Shown: piece by piece, positions 28,264-36,741 of the stretch
Numbering within the stretch: position 1 is the first letter of the stretch
Layout of the letters: each line of letters begins with the position of its first letter
Assembly (NCBI GenBank): GCA_947466005.1
Contig: CANIBV010000003.1
Coordinates: 1 to 53,387, forward strand
Origin: Spartobacteria bacterium
Lineage (GTDB): Bacteria > Verrucomicrobiota > Verrucomicrobiia > Chthoniobacterales > UBA6821
Direction: 5' to 3'
DNA: 53,387 nt
Notes under the pieces: model-generated
Database searches by the model: none
Told to the model about the DNA's origin: nothing
Seen by the model: only the letters and a program-made list of their open reading frames with translations
Position numbers and translations under genes: made by a program

Positions 28264-28950
28264 ATGTTCTCCCCCGATTCCCTACTTGATCTCGACCGCA
28301 CTGAGCACAGCGTCATTTTTGAAAATGTCACTTATGCCTGGGAGGCGATCGCAAAGATCTCGACCTATCTCCAGTTCCGACTGAAGCCAGGGATCTACGG
28401 CAAGCTCATCGGCAAGCCCTTCATCAGCGGGGCCGTCTACATAGGACCCGGCACGGTGATCGAGCACGGCGCGATGATCAAGGGGCCTGCGTGGATCGGC
28501 GAGGGATGCCAGATCCGTAACGGCGCCTACATCCGAGAGAACGTCGTGGTGGGCAACGGCGTGGTGCTCGGCAACTCCTGCGAGTTCAAGAACTGCCTCA
28601 TCTTCGACGAGGCGCAGATCCCCCACTTCAACTACGTCGGCGACTCCATCCTCGGCCACAAGGCACACCTCGGCGCCGGTGCCATCCTCTCCAATGTCCG
28701 CCTCGACCATCACCCGGTTTCAGTCGCCGCACCCGAGGGCCCCATCAATACGGGTCTCAAGAAATTCGGGGCCATCGTCGGCGACCGTGCCCAGATCGGC
28801 TGCAACGCGGTGTTGAGTCCTGGTTCGATCATCGGCCGCGACACGATTCTTTATCCCAACACATCCTGGCGGGGGGTTCTGCCGAGCAATTCGATTGGGA
28901 AGCAGGTGCCGCAGACGCTGAAAGTTATCCCCCGCCAGCCTCGCGATTGA
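28264..28950 (+). CDS. Left-handed beta-helix acyltransferase (GlmU C-terminal-like)
   Basis: Hexapeptide repeats, NSCEFKN, HFNYVGDSILG, HLGAG, KFGAIVGD. Confidence 0.85.
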   Translation: MFSPDSLLDLDRTEHSVIFENVTYAWEAIAKISTYLQFRLKPGIYGKLIGKPFISGAVYIGPGTVIEHGAMIKGPAWIGEGCQIRNGAYIRENVVVGNGVVLGNSCEFKNCLIFDEAQIPHFNYVGDSILGHKAHLGAGAILSNVRLDHHPVSVAAPEGPINTGLKKFGAIVGDRAQIGCNAVLSPGSIIGRDTILYPNTSWRGVLPSNSIGKQVPQTLKVIPRQPRD

Positions 28951-28957
28951 GGGTAGC

Positions 28958-29054
28958 TTGCGCTTTTAGCGCGGGGCGTTGTTGCTGCTCGGTCGGCGTA
29001 GGACTACTACGCCTTCCCTCTCGCGCCTAGCCCCGCATCTAAAATCCCTGCGCC
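28958..29054 (-). repeat. Structured palindromic repeat, copy 1
   Basis: Terminal IR TTTTAG-CGCGGGGC / GCCCCGCATCTAAAA with an inner hairpin GGCGTAG-N5-CTACGCC; homologous to 49499-49670. Confidence 0.7.
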
Positions 29055-29083
29055 TTTGGAGCAAAGACACGTAACGCAGAAGG

Positions 29084-29359
29084 CTAACGAAGTTGCGCTC
29101 CGCATCGCGCGCACGCCTTCGGATAAAATGTGGGAACATCTTGGTCTTCTTCTGGATCGCCGTTGCAGTAAGGGCAGCGATACTGACGGGTCGATACCCA
29201 GCCGAGCGGAAGGGCGCCAACGATGAATGCAGTCATATAGAAACCCGACATTGCGTGGATCCCAATGATTGCAGCTAGTATCAGCAAGGCAGGGATAACG
29301 ATACCTAGCCAAAGAGCGATGCGCCGGCGACGTTTGAATTGCGCGAATGGAGTCGCCAT
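29084..29359 (-). CDS. Small two-TM protein with a C-terminal CxxC...CxxC motif
   Basis: 91 aa, basic N-terminus, two hydrophobic helices, CPYC and CARC. Confidence 0.6.
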   Translation of the reverse strand: MATPFAQFKRRRRIALWLGIVIPALLILAAIIGIHAMSGFYMTAFIVGALPLGWVSTRQYRCPYCNGDPEEDQDVPTFYPKACARCGAQLR

Positions 29360-29371
29360 TTTACTAGTATA

Positions 29372-29830
29372 TTACGAAACACGTTGATACTTCCACACGG
29401 AGAAGTCATTGGTTTCCAGAACTTTAGTGCCTGTATCGAATTGTGATTCAAATTCGGGGAAACGGGTATCGCCGTCGATCGATCGGGGGACTTTGGTGAC
29501 GTAGAGTTCTTGGACTCTGGGGAGGAGGAGCCGGTAGATCTCCTCGCCGCCGATCACGAAGAGGTCTCTGCCGTCCGTCGGCTCACGGAGTTCTTCAAGG
29601 GAGCGGATGACGGTGACTCCGGAAGTGTCAGGCATGGTGCGGGAGAGGACGATATTTTCCCGACCGGGGAGTGGCTTGCCGATGGACTCGTAAGTCTTCC
29701 GGCCCATGAGGATCGCATGGCCCATGGTGGTCGCCTTGAAGAATTTGAAATCCTCGGGAAGATGCCACGGGATCGTGCCGGCATTCCCGATGACTCTATT
29801 CTCCGCCATGGCGACGATGGCTTTTATCAT
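29372..29830 (-). CDS. folA: Dihydrofolate reductase
   Basis: IPWHLPED, MGRKTYESIG.PLPGR.NIVLS, VIGG, GDTRFP; start ATG at 29830. Confidence 0.96.
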   Translation of the reverse strand: MIKAIVAMAENRVIGNAGTIPWHLPEDFKFFKATTMGHAILMGRKTYESIGKPLPGRENIVLSRTMPDTSGVTVIRSLEELREPTDGRDLFVIGGEEIYRLLLPRVQELYVTKVPRSIDGDTRFPEFESQFDTGTKVLETNDFSVWKYQRVS

Positions 29831-29857
29831 TTGCAGGAAAAGCTTGGCTGATTGATG

Positions 29858-29945
29858 TCCCGCAGAGGCGCAGAGGCGCGGAGGAATGAAATAAATAAGA
29901 AGATTTTCTCGGGACCCTTCTCTGCGCCTCTGCGCCTCTGCGGGA
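29858..29945. repeat. Inverted pair of family C 9-mer arms (CGCAGAGG core)
   Basis: TCCCGCAGAGGCGCAGAGGCGCGGAG and CTCTGCGCCTCTGCGCCTCTGCGGGA; 26-bp IR with 1 mismatch. Confidence 0.9.
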
Positions 29946-29957
29946 TAACTCTCATCT

Positions 29958-30752
29958 TCAAATAGCAATCGGGGCCTTGATCGCAGGGTGGGGGTCGTAG
30001 CCTTCGAGGGTGAAGTCTTCGTAGCGGAAATCCTCCAGCTTGGTTATCGCGGGATTGAGAATCATCCGTGGGAGCGGACGCGGTTCGCGCGCGAGCTGTT
30101 CATGGGCCTGGTTGAGGTGGTTCACGTAGAGGTGAAGGTCACCGAAGGTGTGGATGAATTCCTTGGCCTTCAGTCCGCAGACCTGCGCGATCATCATGGT
30201 GAGAAGGGCGTACGAGGCGATGTTGAAGGGGACTCCCAGAAAAAGATCCGCGCTGCGCTGGTAGAGCTGGCAGCTGAGTTCGCCGTTGGCGACATAGAAC
30301 TGGACGAGAGCATGGCAGGGAGCGAGGGCCATCTTGTCGATCTCTCCGGGATTCCAGGCGCTGACGATGTGGCGGCGGCTGTCCGGGTTCTTTTTCAGAT
30401 CCTCGATCACGCGCGCGATCTGGTCGATGGTACCACCTTCAGGCGTTCGCCACCGTCGCCACTGCGCGCCATAGACCGGGCCGAGATCACCGTTCGCATC
30501 AGCCCACTCATCCCAGATGGTGACTCCATGCTCCTTGAGGTAGCTGATGTTTGTGTCACCTTTGAGGAACCATAGGAGCTCGTGAATGATGGATCGGAGG
30601 TGCAGCTTCTTGGTCGTGAGGAGGGGGAATCCGTTGGTCAGGTCGAAGCGTTCCTGAGCTCCGAAGACGGAGAGCGTTCCCGTGCCGGTGCGATCGTCTT
30701 TCCGTGAGCCGTGGTCAAGGACGAGAGTGAGAAGGCGCAGGTAGGGTGTCAT
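29958..30752 (-). CDS. thyA: Thymidylate synthase
   Basis: [50 protein letters not shown]. Confidence 0.98.
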   Translation of the reverse strand: MTPYLRLLTLVLDHGSRKDDRTGTGTLSVFGAQERFDLTNGFPLLTTKKLHLRSIIHELLWFLKGDTNISYLKEHGVTIWDEWADANGDLGPVYGAQWRRWRTPEGGTIDQIARVIEDLKKNPDSRRHIVSAWNPGEIDKMALAPCHALVQFYVANGELSCQLYQRSADLFLGVPFNIASYALLTMMIAQVCGLKAKEFIHTFGDLHLYVNHLNQAHEQLAREPRPLPRMILNPAITKLEDFRYEDFTLEGYDPHPAIKAPIAI

Positions 30753-30827
30753 CGGAGAAGGAAAGGATGAATTATGAAGTTTGAAAGATGAAGGGAGAGG
30801 CAGTGAAGCAACATCCGATGAAAAACC

Positions 30828-31214
30828 TTAAGCTTTGTAGACGCTGTCGGGACTGAAAAGCGGCTCTTCCTGGGGAGGAAGATCGTTCCCCTGCCCGTCG
30901 AGCTCGACATAGAAGCAGCTGGCGAAACCGGTGTGGCAGGCGCCGCCGTGCTGTTCGACTTCAAAGAGCAGGGTGTCGCGGTCGCAATCGACGAACCAAC
31001 GCAGGATCTTCTGGGTGTGGCCGCTCGATTCACCTTTCTTCCAGAGCTTCTTCCGCGAGCGGCTCCAGTAGTGCATGTAACCTGATGCCACGGAGTGATG
31101 GAGGGAATCCTCGTTCATCCAGGCCATCATCAGCACCCGGCCGCCGGACTCGGAGCTCTCCTGCACAATGGCAGGAATGAGGCCGCGATCATCATATTTC
31201 AGGTTCAACTGCAT
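30828..31214 (-). CDS. hisI: Phosphoribosyl-AMP cyclohydrolase
   Basis: GLIPAIVQ, VLMMAWMN, YWSRSR.KLWKKGESSG, DCDRD, ACHTG..SCF; start ATG at 31214. Confidence 0.95.
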   Translation of the reverse strand: MQLNLKYDDRGLIPAIVQESSESGGRVLMMAWMNEDSLHHSVASGYMHYWSRSRKKLWKKGESSGHTQKILRWFVDCDRDTLLFEVEQHGGACHTGFASCFYVELDGQGNDLPPQEEPLFSPDSVYKA

Positions 31215-31296
31215 CCTGTCATTTCGGAGGCGATGGGGTTTCTGCGCAAGAAGATTCTCCATTGCGGAGGTCGCCGCTATTCTGGAGGATCAAGCA

Positions 31297-32574
31297 GTGG
31301 CAGCCACCTCCCTCAACGAACCCCGATACCGCTACCAGGAGGTTGCGCCGGAGCACCTGACCGTGCTTGTTTCGGAGTTGCTGGAGAAGCTGCCGGCTGA
31401 ATTCCGCAGAGAGGGAGAGACGCGGGATGGCAGCATCGACCTCCCCTGTCGCGACCTGCTCGCCGGGAATACCCCCCGCCTTTCGCTCGGGCAGTTGAAT
31501 CAACTTCTGCCCGATCTGGTCGTCATTCCCGAGGGAATGGATGACAGTCATCGGCTCAGGCTGCCAGCCGGCTGGGTCGCGCGTCATTATCGTCTCGTCA
31601 CCAAGCGTGAGGAGATTCCCCAAGAGAGGGTGGAGTGGGTAGAAAAGGGGAAAGAGGCGCAAAAAGCCGCCGCCCTATCGTCATCTGATAACCTGACAAG
31701 AGCGGAATTCAAGGGCCCAGGGAGCGAGAAGCCAGCGATCATCGAAGCAGAGGTGGCAACCATCCAGCCCTCTTCCACTGGAGAGTCCCCGACCCCCGTG
31801 AACACGGAGGAGAGGAAGACTTTGCAGGATATCCCATCCTCACCGACGATCATCGAGGCAGAGCTTTCCAGGGAGACTTATCCCTCCAAAGCCTCTCCCA
31901 AGCGCAGCCTCTTTGCTTCTCTGCCGATGTTCCGCCGCCATCAGCCGGAGGCGGCTGTCCAGCAACAATACACCCCCCCCCCCTCCACTCCCGTAGAGAA
32001 AGAGAATGGGGAGCCTTTGAAGTCTCCAAAGGCTCTGGAGCATGCAGAGCCATCAATCGCGCCAGAACAGGCCGATGACGCTTCAGCACTCACGCTGGAA
32101 TCGCTCTGGAAACTGGATCCCGAGGATCAACTTGCCGACCCCTCTGCTCTGCAGGCGCTCTTCATGACGGAGGAAAAGCTCACGCTGGACCGCGTCATCG
32201 AGATGGCCGGTCAGTTCCCGGGTCTCCGGGCCTGCGTCCTCGCGCATGGAGAGCATGTCGTCTGTGCCTCGCAGACACCAACGGGCATGGATCTGCAGAC
32301 CCTCAGCGGTCAGGCGATGACAATGCTCGCCCAGATCCGCGAATCCTCCTCGAACATGGGGCTGGGCGCCGTGCCGGCCATCACCCTGCACGCCGAACAA
32401 GGCACGCTCAGCTTCCTCCACAATGAGGAGCTGTGCCTGCTCGTGTTGCATGCCGACCGAGGCTTTGTCCCAGGGGTTCGTGAGCGCCTGCAGGAAATGC
32501 TCGGGCATCTGGCGACCGCGCGCCCTGCACTGCTTGGCAGAGCGGAGGGTGGAAACCTGAGACCTGAGACCTGA
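31297..32574 (+). CDS. Hypothetical protein with a disordered linker and a C-terminal roadblock/LC7 (MglB-like) domain
   Basis: ORF 31168..32574; the GTG at 31297 avoids overlap with hisI. The last ~120 aa (LDRVIEMAGQFPGLRACVL...LCLLVLH...) fit a roadblock alpha-beta pattern. Confidence 0.65.
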   Translation: MAATSLNEPRYRYQEVAPEHLTVLVSELLEKLPAEFRREGETRDGSIDLPCRDLLAGNTPRLSLGQLNQLLPDLVVIPEGMDDSHRLRLPAGWVARHYRLVTKREEIPQERVEWVEKGKEAQKAAALSSSDNLTRAEFKGPGSEKPAIIEAEVATIQPSSTGESPTPVNTEERKTLQDIPSSPTIIEAELSRETYPSKASPKRSLFASLPMFRRHQPEAAVQQQYTPPPSTPVEKENGEPLKSPKALEHAEPSIAPEQADDASALTLESLWKLDPEDQLADPSALQALFMTEEKLTLDRVIEMAGQFPGLRACVLAHGEHVVCASQTPTGMDLQTLSGQAMTMLAQIRESSSNMGLGAVPAITLHAEQGTLSFLHNEELCLLVLHADRGFVPGVRERLQEMLGHLATARPALLGRAEGGNLRPET

Positions 32575-32644
32575 AATAGGGACGAGAATACCTGGGAATG
32601 ACGAGACAATCCCTTTCAGGTTTCAAGTTTCAGCTTTCAGCTTT
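32546..32644. repeat. Inverted pair of family B 7-mer arms
   Basis: GGAAACCTGAGACCTGAGACCTGAAA (overlapping the upstream stop) and TTTCAGGTTTCAAGTTTCAGCTTTCAGCTTT (32614-44). Confidence 0.8.
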
Positions 32645-32668
32645 TTTTGTCCGATCTAGGCTTCTTCC

Positions 32669-33292
32669 ATGCTTGAACTTTTGCAAAAAGGCGGTCCCCT
32701 CATGTGGATCATCCTGCTCTGCAGCGTGGTGGCGCTCGGGGTTTTCCTAGAACGGCTGCTCTATCTCCACAAGGCATCGATTCGGGTTGGGGAGCTCCTT
32801 GGAGGGCTTGCGCTCCTGATTCGCAATCACCGCCTAGATGAGGCGCTCGGGGAATGCTCCGCAAGCACCGGCCCGGTCTCCCGTGTTCTGCAGGCCGCGC
32901 TCCTGCGTGCCAAAGCGGATCGTGGCGTGCTGCAGTCGATCACGTCGGATGCGGCCCTGCTGGAGATCCCGAAGCTGGAGCGCAATCTCCCAATTCTGTC
33001 CACCCTCGCCTACGTGACACCGCTCGTTGGCTTGCTGGGCACAGTCCTCGGCCTGCTGGATGCCTTTCTCATTCTCTCAGCCCATGGCGGGTATGCCACC
33101 GCCGCAGAACTCTCCCGGGGTGTTTACGAGAGCCTGCTGGATGCCGCCGCCGGACTTGGAGTGGCGATCCCCGCCTACGTTGGCCACAGCTACCTGACCT
33201 CACGCGTGAATGATATCATTCACGACATGGAGCGCGCCGCGATCGAGATAGTGAACCTGCTTCTGGATCACCGGGACGGCCCCGCTTCCTAA
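32669..33292 (+). CDS. MotA/TolQ/ExbB proton-channel family protein
   Basis: GGPLMWIIL, PLVGLLGTVLG, GVYESLLDAAAGLGVAIPA. Confidence 0.92.
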   Translation: MLELLQKGGPLMWIILLCSVVALGVFLERLLYLHKASIRVGELLGGLALLIRNHRLDEALGECSASTGPVSRVLQAALLRAKADRGVLQSITSDAALLEIPKLERNLPILSTLAYVTPLVGLLGTVLGLLDAFLILSAHGGYATAAELSRGVYESLLDAAAGLGVAIPAYVGHSYLTSRVNDIIHDMERAAIEIVNLLLDHRDGPAS

Positions 33293-33693
33293 TGAGGCTT
33301 CCCCGCTGCAAGGGGGCCGGAGAGCCCTTCCTCCTGATGGCGCCAGCGCTCAGCACCCTGTTGAGTCTGGGGTTCTTTCTCCTCTTGGGCGGATATTTTC
33401 TGTTGCAGCCCGGGGTGTCGGTCAAGGTGCCCGACTCACCATTCCTGCTTCTTCCGCAGCATGACCCGCAGGTGGTGAGCGTCACGGGCGCCCCGCTCCC
33501 GCAGATCTATTATGATCACGCCGTGATCACGCCGGCCGAGTTGGAGAAGGCGCTTCGCAAGGCCCGCAAAACCGGAAGCCTCATCATCAAGGCCGATAGG
33601 TTGGTTCCCTACGATCTGCTTCTTCAGATCATGACGATTGGTGTGCGGTGCGGCTTCACGGTCGTCTTGGCCACGGGTACGGGGGCGTCCTAA
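33292..33693 (+). CDS. ExbD/TolR-family protein (atypical TM)
   Basis: Single TM followed by QPGVSVKVP and LIIKAD..VPY; translationally coupled to the exbB-like gene. Confidence 0.8.
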   Translation: MRLPRCKGAGEPFLLMAPALSTLLSLGFFLLLGGYFLLQPGVSVKVPDSPFLLLPQHDPQVVSVTGAPLPQIYYDHAVITPAELEKALRKARKTGSLIIKADRLVPYDLLLQIMTIGVRCGFTVVLATGTGAS

Positions 33694-33720
33694 CGCAGGC
33701 ACTCTTTTGTAGCGACGCCC

Positions 33721-34548
33721 ATGTCCCCGCAGTTACCGCATCTGCCGAGGGTTCCCCACTCTCCCCGCGAGCTGGGAGAGCTGGTACAGCTCCTCTTCGA
33801 GTGGCCGATCAAGCAGGCCCCGCGGCTGGCTCTCCCCTTCTTCATGCTGCTGGCAGCTATCATGCAGGCCACCGTGATCATTCTCTTTTCGATCGCCTAT
33901 AAAGTGCCGTCGGAGAAATTACCGGCACCCCCGCAGGTGTATTTCCTCCCCGCAGACTCGGCGGCTGCAAGACAGCTGGCCCCTTGGCTGGAGGCCAATG
34001 ACCCAGCCGTCTTTTCGCCCCTGCATGCTGCACGTGATGCCTTCCCCTCCCCGCCGCCGCTGAAGTACAGGCCCAGTTACGAGGATCCTGCGCCGCCGCT
34101 CCGGCCGCTCCCGGCGCCGACCCCTGAGGCCGTGGAGCTCCCGACGATCCCGACCATCGGAGGGTTGCGCCGGCAACAGATGAGTGAGCCGCAGGCAACG
34201 AATACGCCCACCCCGTCTCCGGTCTCCGCAGTAAGAACGATCGTGCGCTGGCAGGATGAGCTGGCAGACCGCATTCCTCAGGCAACACCACCGGGGTTGG
34301 ACACGCCAATGGCCCTAACCTCGGGGGTGCAGCCCCTCCTCTATCAAGTCGCAGTCAGCCCCGAAGGGCTCCCAACCCATTGCGTGCTAATCGACTCATC
34401 CGGGGATCCCGAAAGCGATGAAGCAGCCCGAGTCTGGATCCTAACCCAGCGCTTCCAGCCTGCGGCGAGCAGCTCGTGGGGCCGAGTGCTCATTCTCTGG
34501 GGTGCTGGGGCCTGTGCCAAGTCGACCAATCCCGCCACAACCCAATGA
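33721..34548 (+). CDS. TonB/TolA-like Pro-rich protein
   Basis: N-terminal TM, Pro-rich linker, C-terminal VAVSPEG...SSGDPESDEAA...RFQP resembling TonB-C. Confidence 0.7.
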   Translation: MSPQLPHLPRVPHSPRELGELVQLLFEWPIKQAPRLALPFFMLLAAIMQATVIILFSIAYKVPSEKLPAPPQVYFLPADSAAARQLAPWLEANDPAVFSPLHAARDAFPSPPPLKYRPSYEDPAPPLRPLPAPTPEAVELPTIPTIGGLRRQQMSEPQATNTPTPSPVSAVRTIVRWQDELADRIPQATPPGLDTPMALTSGVQPLLYQVAVSPEGLPTHCVLIDSSGDPESDEAARVWILTQRFQPAASSSWGRVLILWGAGACAKSTNPATTQ

Positions 34549-34784
34549 TCCCCATTACCCTTTCCTGGTTTGTTTGCCTCTACCTGGCGGTTTTTCTCGC
34601 CGCTATTTTGATCCTTTGGATTGGCTATGAAATAATCCGCAAGCGCAAAGCCAATGAGACCACTCGAAACCGTGTTTTCTGTAGAATTTGCGGGTCAAGA
34701 TACACCGAAACATCCACGGACGAGCTGCTGATTTGTCCCTCCTGTGGCAGCCTGAATGAACGCTCCGCCGAGGAGGGGTTCTAA
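34545..34784 (+). CDS. Small membrane protein with a C-terminal Zn ribbon
   Basis: ATGA overlap with the previous stop; TM helix, then CRICG...CPSCG. Confidence 0.8.
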   Translation: MIPITLSWFVCLYLAVFLAAILILWIGYEIIRKRKANETTRNRVFCRICGSRYTETSTDELLICPSCGSLNERSAEEGF

Positions 34785-35068
34785 GCTTGGGGCCAACACT
34801 CGACCTCGCCAGAGAAGATTTTATATGGGGCTCAGGGGAGGCGGCTTGGTTTGCCTCGCCAAACGCTGATGACAGCCCGCGCGTCGTTTTTCCGTTCCTG
34901 AGGTTCCTATTACTCACCGGACCCCGGAGAGCTGCCAGTCGAGGCCACCATCTTACGCCAACGCATCACTTTCATCTTCGGAGTTCGGGTTTAAACCATT
35001 CTCGGCGCGGCTCATTGGAGGCCTGGAGGGCGGAAACGCTCAAACCGCTGCACCCGCAGGACGACAGT

Positions 35069-35304
35069 TGTGAATAACTTGTGTGTATCCCTGCGGATGT
35101 TGGTTCCCAAGCTCTGTGGAACAGCGCTCATTCCAAAGAGCGGCACCCCACTTCTTACTAGAGAGAAGAGGCTTTTTTGCGTGGAACATACTCTGAACAA
35201 GGGCCGATGCGGCCTGTTCAGGTGACGATTCCGTAACATCCGATGCAATCTGGCGATACGGCCGGTAGGGACGATTTTGCCAGTGATCGAAGGCCTGTGA
35301 ATAA
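35069..35304. promoter_or_regulatory. Second DnaA-box cluster in a convergent intergenic gap
   Basis: TGTGAATAA at 35069-77 and 35296-304, degenerate boxes in between, and a parS half-site CGTGGAACA at ~35180. Confidence 0.45.
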
Positions 35305-35345
35305 GTGTCTCTGGCTGCGATAAAAACGGTGCGGGCCGTATGGAA

Positions 35346-35612
35346 TTATGGAAGCAAGAGGGCGACGACCTGCTCGCGCGTCAGGCCGTCAATCTCCAGG
35401 AGCTTTTTGCGTGAGGTGTCCCCCTGAAGTAGGCGAACCGAGCGCTTGGGGAGGCCGAGAGTTTCTGCAAGGAAGCTGCAGAGTTCTTCGTTGGCTTTGC
35501 CCTCAAGGGCCGGGGCATGAACCTTTACTTTCAGTGCCTCCCCCAGCCACCCGATCACCTGAGTCCGGGGCGCATTCGGCACCGCCTTGATCTCAAGACG
35601 GCATGAGGTCAT
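35346..35612 (-). CDS. DUF167/YggU family protein
   Basis: VPNA, LKVKVHAPALEGKANEEL, G.TSRKK. Confidence 0.9.
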   Translation of the reverse strand: MTSCRLEIKAVPNAPRTQVIGWLGEALKVKVHAPALEGKANEELCSFLAETLGLPKRSVRLLQGDTSRKKLLEIDGLTREQVVALLLP

Positions 35613-35631
35613 GGAAAGGGCGTCATGAAGT

Positions 35632-36675
35632 TCAGGAGAGTGAGTTCAGCGTCAGCTCCTGTAATTGAGAAAAGGCACGCATGACCTCTTGGACTGAAAT
35701 GGACGCCACCTCCTTAGAGGGTGGCTGAATCACCACGTGAGGGACACCCCATGGGTGCCATTCCGCAACATGACTTGGCCCAAAGAAACACAGGATCGGC
35801 TTTCCAAGAGCAGCCGCCACATGCATAGCCCCTCCGTCACTGCAGATCACTTGATCGGGGAGTGCCATCGCTGCAATCAGCTGGGTGATATTCTTAGTGG
35901 GGCAGGGGAAGACAGGGAGACCCTTGAGTTGAGCAAGAATTCGAGTTGCCTTCCCATCATCGCCCGGATGCATGGCGCTGAATTCTGATCCGGGTGACCA
36001 AAAGAGGAGAAGCTGGAGTGACGAGCTGTTGATTAGCTCCTTGGCAAGAGCAACAAAGGATTCCACGGGCCAGCGCTGCTTCGGCATGCGCGCGCTGATA
36101 TGGATGGCGCAGGAGGGCTTGGAGGGATCCCAACCAAGCGCGCAAAGGCGGGATTTCTCTTGAGAGAGAAGATCTGCATCTGGGAAGAGCCAGGTCTGGG
36201 CCATGGAATGCTCGACTCCCAGCAAGGAGCCAAGCCTGGCCATCTTGGAAACCTCGTGCTCATCCATTCCGCCATGATGCAGAGCCATCCGATCGGGTTG
36301 ACGATGATCTGGTTGGCCGGGCTCTCGAAAGCCGATCATTTCCCTGCCGCCAAGAGTTCGGGCATAACGCCACCCCCCATTGGCCAGAATGATATGGTCA
36401 AAGCATCTCTTGCGAAGAGTCCGAACCAGCCGCCAACGATTCCAAAGAGCAGCCAGACGTCCGTGGCCATGACTTTTCTGATGACGTTTGAGGAAGATAA
36501 AGACCTCGTCGACATCGGGATTTCCACGCAAAACCTCCGCATTGTAGCTGCTAGCCAACACGGCAATCACGGCGCGCGGATATTTTCTTCTCAAGCCGTG
36601 GAGCAGGGGTGTCGTGCAGATAAGATCGCCAATATTATCCCTGCGAATGACAAGAATCTGGAGGGGGCGTGTCAC
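35632..36675 (-). CDS. Glycosyltransferase family 9 (LPS heptosyltransferase-like)
   Basis: ILVIRRDNIGDLICTTP, QRWP, SDGGAMHVAAALGKP...FGPS...WHPW. Confidence 0.9.
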   Translation of the reverse strand: MTRPLQILVIRRDNIGDLICTTPLLHGLRRKYPRAVIAVLASSYNAEVLRGNPDVDEVFIFLKRHQKSHGHGRLAALWNRWRLVRTLRKRCFDHIILANGGWRYARTLGGREMIGFREPGQPDHRQPDRMALHHGGMDEHEVSKMARLGSLLGVEHSMAQTWLFPDADLLSQEKSRLCALGWDPSKPSCAIHISARMPKQRWPVESFVALAKELINSSSLQLLLFWSPGSEFSAMHPGDDGKATRILAQLKGLPVFPCPTKNITQLIAAMALPDQVICSDGGAMHVAAALGKPILCFFGPSHVAEWHPWGVPHVVIQPPSKEVASISVQEVMRAFSQLQELTLNSLS

Positions 36676-36741
36676 GGTGAGACGTGGCGTAGAAGAAATC
36701 AGCTCAGGCGCACTAACACTCTAAAAAGGCAGGGGCGCATC

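Noticed and set aside
29831-29968. N-terminal extension of folA (AEAQRRRE...) in the ORF track
   Set aside because: It is translated family C repeat; the real start is the ATG at 29830. Similar over-extensions were trimmed for tadA, yicC, gmk, hisI, the thioesterase and the rhomboid-like gene
34787-35248. Short ORFs in the convergent gap (34787..35077, 35012..35248)
   Set aside because: No motifs or convincing codon bias; the region is better explained as non-coding, though a small gene cannot be excluded
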